IMG/VR virus record: IMGVR_UViG_3300007351_000576
Location: 1-26,381 of that record
Source of the DNA: a virus
DNA: 26,381 bases
Reading direction: 5' to 3' (one strand)
Positions 8,366 to 15,158 of this stretch are shown in pieces (the first letter of the stretch is position 1; each line of letters opens with the position of its first letter). The notes under the pieces are model-generated. The model saw only the letters and a program-made list of their open reading frames with translations, was not told where the DNA came from and did no database searches. Both the position numbers and the translations under genes were made by a program.

Positions 8366-8804
8366 ACAGGCTAAAACCCTATTGAAGAAAGCCGCTGAAG
8401 AGCTTGCAGCAAAAGAACAAGATATTGCAATGCTAAATCAGGAAATATCTTCAAAGGACAAACTTATCTCGGAACTGACAGCAAAACACGAGAAGTTGAT
8501 GAAAGATTTTGAAACAGTAACAACTGAACTCAAGCAGATAAAACAAGCTGCAAGAGACATCGCATTGAAAGAAATAATCGATGCTGAAGAAAAGCTTGGA
8601 GTGCTTGAAACAAACAAAGAGCAAAGACTCAATGAACTGAGAGCACTTGACGACAAGGGCGGATTTGAAGCATATGCAAAGCAGACAAAAAGAATGCTTG
8701 ATCTACACAAAAGCATAGGCGACAGAAAGTCCCTGATCAACAATTCAAACCAGGCAACTGACAAGCGAAAAGAAATTGCATCGGTACTGGGAATGGAGAA
8801 CTAA
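8343..8804 (+). CDS. Coiled-coil scaffolding protein
   Basis: Long charged heptad-rich helix; position between protease and capsid genes; ATG 8343 preferred over 8325/8334 from spacing to GGAGG at 8327-8331. Confidence 0.7.
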   Translation: MAEVKEIEQAKTLLKKAAEELAAKEQDIAMLNQEISSKDKLISELTAKHEKLMKDFETVTTELKQIKQAARDIALKEIIDAEEKLGVLETNKEQRLNELRALDDKGGFEAYAKQTKRMLDLHKSIGDRKSLINNSNQATDKRKEIASVLGMEN

Positions 8805-8817
8805 GAGGTGAATCAAA

Positions 8818-9192
8818 ATGACATATGATATCATGATTGACGACGGAAAGAATCCAAGCATGCTCGTTGCAACAGGAAACCTTACCAAAGGACAGCTTGT
8901 TGGACTAACAGTCCAGCCAGCATCTGCACAAGCAGACATACTTGGAGTCAGCCTAAAAGACACTCCACAAGGAAACCCTGCATCAATTGGATGCATCGGA
9001 ACATTCTATGTGGATGTATCAGTCGCAGCTTCAGCAACCCTGAATGTCGGGGATGAACTTGAAGTCAAAGACAACGCAACACTGCAAGCAAAAAACACAG
9101 GAGTCGCAGTGGCCAAAGCATACGAGAAGATAGACAACTCGACTGGCGGTAGCCCAGTGACAAGGAAGATTCCTGTAAAAATCGTGAAATAA
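8818..9192 (+). CDS. Capsid cement/decoration protein, DUF2190-like
   Basis: ATGNLTKGQLVG...ILGVSLKD...G...LNVGDEL...VAVAKA pattern; directly upstream of capsid gene; SD GAGGTGA. Confidence 0.7.
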   Translation: MTYDIMIDDGKNPSMLVATGNLTKGQLVGLTVQPASAQADILGVSLKDTPQGNPASIGCIGTFYVDVSVAASATLNVGDELEVKDNATLQAKNTGVAVAKAYEKIDNSTGGSPVTRKIPVKIVK

Positions 9193-9208
9193 GAGGAGGA
9201 GAGGCAAA

Positions 9209-10015
9209 ATGAAAACAATGCAAGAACTATTTTCGAGCCAAGACGCTGCACCTCTCATCAAGGAAGTCATCGACTCCAACGTGTTTAAGGTTGCAGGCAG
9301 AGAAAGAGTAGGAAGAAAGATCGTGAAACTCATAACCTTGAGTGAAGGATCTGCACTGAAAATCCCTAAGATGGGAGCAGGACAAGCATATGTGATTCCA
9401 GAACTGGGAGCAATCCCTATGGATGTCAGCACTTTCAACGAAGTTGTTGTAACACCATATAAGATCGGAAAAGCGTTTGCTATTCCAAAAGAAGCCATCG
9501 AAGATTCTGCCTTTGATGTTGTCAGATTGAAAGCTGACATGGCTGCAGAAGATGTGGCAAGAAAAGAAGATGAGGAAATCTTCCGAGTATTGATGAACAC
9601 ATCGAATACAGTCTCGCCAAAGACTGCGGGACAATTTGTTCAGGAAGACGTTGTCACCCTGAGAAATGGAGTAAATAGGCACAGCTACAAAGCAGCATGG
9701 CTTGTTGCACATCCTGATGACTTGGCAAAGCTTGAAAAAGATCTTATCAGTAAGGGCTATAAGGCATTTGACAGGCTTGATGAGACAGGAATCATAGGAA
9801 ATGTTGCTGGACTTCAAGTAGTTGAAACCACTGCAGTAGAACCAGGCACAATTCTTGCTTTAGACAGCAGAGCTTGTGTATTGGTTGAAAGAAGACCTCT
9901 CTCAACAGAGAACTTCACAGATCCATTGCGAGATCTTGCTGCTGGAGTAACAATTACTGAAAGAGTAGCACCTGCAGTACTTGATGACAATGCAGTCTCA
10001 AAGATGACCTTGTAA
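9209..10015 (+). CDS. Major capsid protein, compact HK97 fold (268 aa)
   Basis: E-loop AYVIPELGAIP, VTPYKIGKAFAIPKEAIED, spine helix MAAEDVARKEDEEIF, WLVAHPDD, NVAGLQVVET; strong SD GAGGAGG. Confidence 0.88.
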   Translation: MKTMQELFSSQDAAPLIKEVIDSNVFKVAGRERVGRKIVKLITLSEGSALKIPKMGAGQAYVIPELGAIPMDVSTFNEVVVTPYKIGKAFAIPKEAIEDSAFDVVRLKADMAAEDVARKEDEEIFRVLMNTSNTVSPKTAGQFVQEDVVTLRNGVNRHSYKAAWLVAHPDDLAKLEKDLISKGYKAFDRLDETGIIGNVAGLQVVETTAVEPGTILALDSRACVLVERRPLSTENFTDPLRDLAAGVTITERVAPAVLDDNAVSKMTL

Positions 10016-10039
10016 AATAGGTCATCATATTATTTTTTT
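10003..10039 (+). terminator. Hairpin plus oligo-T terminator/attenuator between capsid gene and its paralogue
   Basis: GATGACCT (10003-10010) is the exact reverse complement of AGGTCATC (10019-10026); the 8-nt loop holds the capsid stop codon; T7 run at 10033-10039. Confidence 0.65.
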
Positions 10040-10053
10040 ATAGGTGACTCTAC

Positions 10054-10791
10054 ATGGATCTAACTACTGTCAAGTCTAAGGTACTGCTTGAAGCAGGGAA
10101 GTTTCGTATAGGTCCACGAGTTTTAAGACTGCAACAACAAAAGGATGGCTCTGCAGTAAAGATAAGTAAGATCAAAAATGTGAACGGTGCAATTGTACCT
10201 ATTTTAGGTACAGCTCCAATATCTCTTTTTGATGTCGAGTCAGTTGTTGTGTTCCCTCTGACCATTAAAGCAACAATTCTATTTTCTGAGGAATGTTTTG
10301 AAGACAATGACTTAAATGAAATGCTTCAAAAGTCAATCAAGGAAAGTTTTATTCTTGCAGAAATAGAGAATAAAATAGTTGTTGAAACATTGATTGCAGG
10401 AGCAGGAAAAAAGATAACTGCTGAAACAAAACAAGATGTAAGAGAAAAGCCAATACTTGACAATTTTATTTCTGCAATAAAATTTATTGAAGACAATAAG
10501 TACCATCCTGATGCAATTCTTATTAATCCGCAAATTGCAGAAACATTAAGACAAAGAGATGAACTAAAAGAGAAACTCTTAGCTTATGCTATTGAAGTCA
10601 TTATCGATACTTCTGTGCCTGAAAATATTGTCATAATTCTTGACTCTGCAAATGCTGGACTGATTATTGAAAGAGTCTCTCTTGAGATAAGTGATTACTC
10701 TGATCCTTGGCAAAGCAAGAAAGGATTCTTACTGCGAGAGAGAGTTGCACCTGTTGTTCTGAATGGAAACGCTGTGGCGGTGATAGAATAA
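10054..10791 (+). CDS. Second HK97-fold capsid protein paralogue (245 aa)
   Basis: Collinear similarity to the capsid gene, e.g. ERVAPVVLNGNAV vs ERVAPAVLDDNAV and IILDS vs LALDS; PDAILINP; SD AGGTGA. Confidence 0.82.
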   Translation: MDLTTVKSKVLLEAGKFRIGPRVLRLQQQKDGSAVKISKIKNVNGAIVPILGTAPISLFDVESVVVFPLTIKATILFSEECFEDNDLNEMLQKSIKESFILAEIENKIVVETLIAGAGKKITAETKQDVREKPILDNFISAIKFIEDNKYHPDAILINPQIAETLRQRDELKEKLLAYAIEVIIDTSVPENIVIILDSANAGLIIERVSLEISDYSDPWQSKKGFLLRERVAPVVLNGNAVAVIE

Positions 10792-11453
10792 TGGGAATCG
10801 ACACAGAATATCTTGAACAATTGAAAGGATTGATTTCTGAATTAAGAGACTTACTTAGTGCCATCGAAGTAGAATCAGACGGAAGCATTAATGCAAACAT
10901 CAATGGCACAGTAGATGTTGACACTATCTCAATAAAAGATCCGCTAAATGATTATCGTGCCAAAGTAGATGCTGATGGAAAATTACACATAAAAAACGAT
11001 CTTATTCAGTATGAATCTCTTATTATTAGAGATGCATCAAATCCATTGCTAAAAGCTTCTGTAGACGGCTCTGGAAGGCTGCTTGTCGCAACTCCTCCTG
11101 CCACGCCTCCACCTCTAACAACCCCCGTGATAATCACAGCCTTCGGAACAGTCTCAGGAAATGTTGATTCTGCATATACAATAACTAATGGAAAAAGTCT
11201 TGTGATAGGCAGGCTTCTTGCAGGAAGTCAGGAAGCAAACAGTGCATGCAGAGTAACACTTTATGACAATCCCTCAGGTGATGGAGTTACACTCATATTA
11301 ATTGCCACACTTTACGTCAATGGAAACTCTGACAAGTTTGACCTATCAGAAAAGATAACTGGGAATGGAACTCACAAGATAATTCTGCGAAGAACAAATC
11401 TTGGTGGAGGAAGCAAAGAAGTCTTTGGAAGATTTGAAGGGTATGAGGAATAA
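10791..11453 (+). CDS. Putative head fibre/spike protein (220 aa)
   Basis: N-terminal amphipathic helix, three repeats at 32-aa period, Pro/Thr linker TPPATPPPLTTP, beta-rich C-terminal domain; start moved from 10707 to ATG 10791 (TAATG overlap, SD GGCGGTGA). Confidence 0.5.
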   Translation: MGIDTEYLEQLKGLISELRDLLSAIEVESDGSINANINGTVDVDTISIKDPLNDYRAKVDADGKLHIKNDLIQYESLIIRDASNPLLKASVDGSGRLLVATPPATPPPLTTPVIITAFGTVSGNVDSAYTITNGKSLVIGRLLAGSQEANSACRVTLYDNPSGDGVTLILIATLYVNGNSDKFDLSEKITGNGTHKIILRRTNLGGGSKEVFGRFEGYEE

Positions 11454-11456
11454 ACA

Positions 11457-11693
11457 ATGACCACAGTTCAAGATAAAATCACAGAAATAGAATCACTCAC
11501 TGAATACGTGAAGAACTCACTAATAATTCACAGCATAGACTCGAGAGGCACCGTAATAAAATGGCTTATGGACAATCAAGGAGTTGCTGAGAGAAAGAAG
11601 ATCTTCATAGAACTTAATCCTGCAGAATCAGAAATGGCTCTCGAATCAAGAACTGCAATCAGTACAATAGATATAGAGCCTCCAGGTGATTAA
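11457..11693 (+). CDS. Hypothetical protein, 78 aa
   Basis: ORF fills the gap between coupled genes on the coding strand; no motif recognised. Confidence 0.65.
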   Translation: MTTVQDKITEIESLTEYVKNSLIIHSIDSRGTVIKWLMDNQGVAERKKIFIELNPAESEMALESRTAISTIDIEPPGD

Positions 11694-11694
11694 G

Positions 11695-11859
11695 ATGGCA
11701 AATTGGAAGTACAAAGTAATTCACAAAAGAGTCAAAGAATTATCAGAAGACCAGCTTAATGATCTTGGCAATAATGGATGGGAACTAATTTTCATGAGTC
11801 AATTATGGAACGGCAAAATAATTGCCGTCTTCAAGAAAGAAAAAGTAGGAGGTACATAA
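11695..11859 (+). CDS. DUF4177-like small protein, 54 aa (not in ORF track)
   Basis: Manual translation MANWKYKVIHKRVKELSEDQLNDLGNNGWELIFMSQLWNGKIIAVFKKEKVGGT fits the WEYKV...LNxLGxxGWELV...FKR pattern; SD AGGTGA at 11684-11689. Confidence 0.72.
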   Translation: MANWKYKVIHKRVKELSEDQLNDLGNNGWELIFMSQLWNGKIIAVFKKEKVGGT

Positions 11860-11861
11860 AA

Positions 11862-12083
11862 ATGGCAGAAGAAACAACATATGACACAAAACAAAGAATA
11901 ATCAATGGACTGAAAAGATTCGGAAAAGGAGTGGGTGCATCAGCACTTATTGCAGCTCTGCAATTTGCAGTCGAGTTCTTGCAAAATAATCCAGAATTAT
12001 TTCCAACAAAATACACCCTCTATGTAGGTGTGGCAATATCAGCATTGATGGGAATTGAGAAAGCAATTCAACAGGCAAAATAA
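11862..12083 (+). CDS. Small two-helix membrane protein, holin-like (73 aa)
   Basis: Two hydrophobic segments GVGASALIAALQFAVEFL and YTLYVGVAISALMGI; start moved from 11778 to ATG 11862 after SD AGGAGGT. Confidence 0.55.
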   Translation: MAEETTYDTKQRIINGLKRFGKGVGASALIAALQFAVEFLQNNPELFPTKYTLYVGVAISALMGIEKAIQQAK

Positions 12084-12563
12084 ATGACAAACGAATACAC
12101 AACATCAGAACTTGTAAAGTCAAGAGTTGGAAGTGTTAATCTTCCCTCTGACATTTTAGATAGTGATATCCAGCAATGGATTAGGGAATCAAGCAACTTT
12201 ATAGACTTATCTGCACGAAGAATAGGACAAGGATTCCAGGCAACAGAATACATCTATCCGACAGTCCAACAAATAGCAACAGACCTATCAGCAATTAAAC
12301 TATTGCTAAGAATGAGTGGACCTGGAAAAGCAACAACAGCAGGCATCTCATACAGAATAGGAGAGTTCTCAGTAGATAAGAAGAACATAGACTCCTCAGC
12401 TATTGATGAAATAGAAATCTTCGAGAATCATGCAAAAGAAAGCCTTGCAGCATTAAAGAATTACTTAGGCGTTGATGCAGGTGGATTTGTAGGTGGCTCT
12501 GTAGTAAAAGGGTGTCCAGCTCCCACAACCAACTATGGTGGAAACTCTCCACAACAACCTTGA
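12084..12563 (+). CDS. Head-tail adaptor (HK97 gp6 / SPP1 gp15-like)
   Basis: YTTSELVKSRVG...SDIQQWIRESSNFID pattern and ISYRIGEFSV; position after head genes. Confidence 0.75.
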   Translation: MTNEYTTSELVKSRVGSVNLPSDILDSDIQQWIRESSNFIDLSARRIGQGFQATEYIYPTVQQIATDLSAIKLLLRMSGPGKATTAGISYRIGEFSVDKKNIDSSAIDEIEIFENHAKESLAALKNYLGVDAGGFVGGSVVKGCPAPTTNYGGNSPQQP

Positions 12564-12567
12564 GACA

Positions 12568-12936
12568 ATGGAAATCGAATCAGAAGACTTTGACAAGATC
12601 GTAGATTATGACATCGGAGTAGATGTAACTCTAATCAGAAAAAGCCAGACCATAGACTCAGACTACGGAAGCCTTGTTTCAAACTCTTTTCAGGAATATA
12701 TAATAAAAGCTGTATGGCAAGAAATTACAGGAAATGAAGAAAGTTTTAGGCCAGAGGGAGAATTCAAGATTGGAGACATCAAATGCTACACTAAAAATGC
12801 ATATGGATCAATAATTCCAACAGCAGAAACAGATACAATCAAGAAAGACAATAAAGAATACAAAATTGTCAAATCAACAGTGAAAACAGTAGGGGAAAAC
12901 GTGATTTATCGTCTTCTTCAACTAAGGCTGAAATAA
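12568..12936 (+). CDS. Head closure/stopper protein (SPP1 gp16-like)
   Basis: GVDVTLIRK...IKAVWQE...GDIKCYT...DTIKKDNKEYKIV beta-barrel pattern; start 12568 preferred, 12535 possible. Confidence 0.7.
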   Translation: MEIESEDFDKIVDYDIGVDVTLIRKSQTIDSDYGSLVSNSFQEYIIKAVWQEITGNEESFRPEGEFKIGDIKCYTKNAYGSIIPTAETDTIKKDNKEYKIVKSTVKTVGENVIYRLLQLRLK

Positions 12937-12950
12937 TATAAAGAAAAAAA
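12931..12950 (+). promoter_or_regulatory. Copy 3 of 20-bp conserved motif (candidate late promoter), upstream of tail genes
   Basis: AAATAATATAAAGAAAAAAA ending 15 nt before ATG 12966; no SD in the gap. Confidence 0.65.
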
Positions 12951-12965
12951 CCGATTTCTAAAGCA

Positions 12966-13328
12966 ATGGTAAAGATCACAGTAATCAGTCCTGATCTTGC
13001 ACGATTAGGAAAGAAAATGAGTGATCTCAAAGATGATGGTTTCAAAAAAGAAGTTCATGAAAGCATCAGAAAAGTACTCCCTGTAATACACAGGGATGCA
13101 TACGAGAACTGTCCAAAAGACACAGGAATACTATCAGCGTCACTCAATGTTGGTTTTGAAGATGAAACAACAGGATACATTGCTGACGGAGTGTTTTATG
13201 GTGTATTCCAAGAAGAAGGGACAAGATTTATCGAGCCAAAACATTTCATGAGAAATGCAGTGAACAAGAATTTTCCAAGAGTGGAAAATGAAGTCACAGC
13301 ATCAATCAAGAAGAAATTCAATCAGTAA
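12966..13328 (+). CDS. HK97 gp10-like tail component
   Basis: CPKDTGILSASL, YGVFQEEGT, PKHFMRNAV are typical HK97 gp10-family motifs. Confidence 0.85.
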   Translation: MVKITVISPDLARLGKKMSDLKDDGFKKEVHESIRKVLPVIHRDAYENCPKDTGILSASLNVGFEDETTGYIADGVFYGVFQEEGTRFIEPKHFMRNAVNKNFPRVENEVTASIKKKFNQ

Positions 13329-13365
13329 AAGATCAGGCAAATCTTCAAGTGCGAGGAAGCCAAGA

Positions 13366-13830
13366 ATGGAAAAAGAGCCAATAATAATAGTTCAGGAACT
13401 CCTGAGATCAAACCTATACGATTACAATACTTCTCGCACTTCAAGCTGGATATACCCTGACTTTCCAAAAGTAAACTTAGGAAATGAATCTTATCCAAGA
13501 GTCTCTGTTACTGATTATGATGAGCCAGCAAAAAAGATGAGTGTAGGCACGTCAAATGAAATGCAATCAGTAAACATTGATATCAATGTGTGGATAAAAT
13601 CTGGATTGATATATGAACGTGATGATGAACAGTTTGAAGGAGCAAAGCTTCGTGATGCTATTGCTCGAGAGATTGTTGATGTGTTGAGAACAATGCAAGA
13701 TGTGATGGCAGTCTCAGGACTGCACAACTATGAACGTATAGGAATGAAATCAATCAATTCCGAAGTACCTGAAGGAATACTTCGAAAACAGATTACAGTT
13801 AGATTTCAAAGACCTGTAATCAGAGCATAA
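13366..13830 (+). CDS. Tail terminator/completion protein (SPP1 gp17-like)
   Basis: IYPDFP...YPRVSV...IDINVW...IVDVL pattern; directly upstream of tail tube; start moved from 13288 to ATG 13366 after GAGGA. Confidence 0.7.
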   Translation: MEKEPIIIVQELLRSNLYDYNTSRTSSWIYPDFPKVNLGNESYPRVSVTDYDEPAKKMSVGTSNEMQSVNIDINVWIKSGLIYERDDEQFEGAKLRDAIAREIVDVLRTMQDVMAVSGLHNYERIGMKSINSEVPEGILRKQITVRFQRPVIRA

Positions 13831-13851
13831 AAACTAGGAGGATGATTAACA

Positions 13852-14325
13852 ATGGCAATATTTTTCGGAACTCAAGGAAACATAAAGATCGACACAGTTC
13901 AGAGCAAGAACGTGACAGAATGGAGCTTGTCAACAAGCGGAGATGTAGAGCAGATCAAGACAATAGGCAATTTCACAATATTTGATGAGAAGCCACTTGA
14001 TCTTGTTGAAGGCAGCCTAAGCCTTATCACAGATGATGCACAATTCATCTCAAAGCTATTCGGCGATGTTGAAGAAACTGCAGATACTCCTGCAACAGGA
14101 GACACAACCACAACTGTGACTCTTGGAACTAACAGGATCAAGTTTGATGCAGAATTCCTTTACACTGATGCAAAAGGCAATCAGATGAAAATAGAATGCA
14201 AAGACTGTATCGCAACAGATCACGAATTCAGCAACGAAGCAGAAGGAATCTATGAAGAAACATTCAGCTTCAACGTGAAACCTGAAGATGTGACAATAAC
14301 TCACATCAAAAAAGCAGTTGTGTAA
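13852..14325 (+). CDS. Major tail tube protein
   Basis: FFGTQGNIKI...VTEWSLSTSGDVEQIKTIG...VEGSLS; acidic beta-rich; SD AGGAGGA; position before chaperone and tape measure. Confidence 0.8.
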   Translation: MAIFFGTQGNIKIDTVQSKNVTEWSLSTSGDVEQIKTIGNFTIFDEKPLDLVEGSLSLITDDAQFISKLFGDVEETADTPATGDTTTTVTLGTNRIKFDAEFLYTDAKGNQMKIECKDCIATDHEFSNEAEGIYEETFSFNVKPEDVTITHIKKAVV

Positions 14326-14652
14326 ATGATTATGACTGAAACAATGAAAAAAGAAAGTGAAGCGGTATCCGCAGAAGTGTTTGAACAAACAGACTTTCGC
14401 AACATCAAGATATACAATATGCACAAAGATGTTGTTGCGGAATTCTTTGAATACTGCAAGAAGAATGCAGGAGGAAAACATTCTGCAGGGATACATCTTT
14501 TGCTTTCAAAAGCCAAAGCTTTCGACATGCTCTATGGAATGGATGCACGATTGAGAGCTGTAGAACACCAAGTGGGTTTATTGGTGAATAAACAGAGTGT
14601 CGAGGAACACTCCAAACCCAAACTTGAGATAAAAACAATTGGAGGTGTGTGA
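14326..14652 (+). CDS. Hypothetical protein with ribbon-helix-helix-like N-part and coiled coil
   Basis: NIKIYNMHKDVVAEFFEYCKKNAGGKHSAGIHLLL resembles Arc/FitA-type RHH; LYGMDARLRAVEHQV heptads. Confidence 0.55.
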   Translation: MIMTETMKKESEAVSAEVFEQTDFRNIKIYNMHKDVVAEFFEYCKKNAGGKHSAGIHLLLSKAKAFDMLYGMDARLRAVEHQVGLLVNKQSVEEHSKPKLEIKTIGGV

Positions 14653-14654
14653 TT

Positions 14655-14981
14655 ATGCAAAAATTGAGTATTAATGATTTGTTAAACAAGACTGGTGAAA
14701 AGAAAAGAATCGAAGTACCTTATGACGATGGAGTTGTAGAGATGGAAATAGCTCCAGTCACATTCGGACCTGTAAGCAAGATCCAATCAAAAGGTACGGA
14801 TGATTCAACAATGACTCGTGAAATGATCAAGATAGCAACAGGACTGACGGATGATCAGATTGACAAACTGCCATTAGGATTTGTTCCTGCTCTTGGAGAA
14901 GCAATATCCAAAGCATCAGGACTTGATAAAATGTCCCAGAGGAAATCTGAAAGTTTTCCAAATCCTCAGAAGGTAAACTGA
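14655..14981 (+). CDS. Tail assembly chaperone (lambda gpG analogue)
   Basis: Position before tape measure; GLTDDQIDKLP motif; SD GGAGGTG at 14641-14647. Confidence 0.8.
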   Translation: MQKLSINDLLNKTGEKKRIEVPYDDGVVEMEIAPVTFGPVSKIQSKGTDDSTMTREMIKIATGLTDDQIDKLPLGFVPALGEAISKASGLDKMSQRKSESFPNPQKVN

Positions 14982-14998
14982 TATACATCCTTCTGAGG
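14951..14998 (+). promoter_or_regulatory. Programmed -1 ribosomal frameshift signal
   Basis: A_AGT_TTT at 14951-14957, 6-nt spacer, perfect 10-bp stem CCTCAGAAGG (14964-14973) / CCTTCTGAGG (14989-14998). Confidence 0.65.
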
Positions 14999-15124
14999 CA
15001 CTATCAGATGAGCTGGGAACAAATACATTCCTTGACAATGCCACAGTTTTACTTCATGATATCAGCATACAATGAAGAAATCAAGGAGAAAAACAAGCAG
15101 ATCAAGAAATCAAGGAAGAAATAA
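14951..15124 (+). CDS. Frameshift extension of tail chaperone (lambda gpT analogue, -1 frame; not in ORF track)
   Basis: -1 frame open from 14951 to TAA 15122-15124: KFSKSSEGKLIYILLRHYQMSWEQIHSLTMPQFYFMISAYNEEIKEKNKQIKKSRKK; WEQIHSLT resembles gpT-type motifs. Confidence 0.75.
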   Translation, partial: KFSKSSEGKLIYILLRHYQMSWEQIHSLTMPQFYFMISAYNEEIKEKNKQIKKSRKK

Positions 15125-15158
15125 TTCCTGCGAGGACGGGGTAAAACACTATGGGTAA

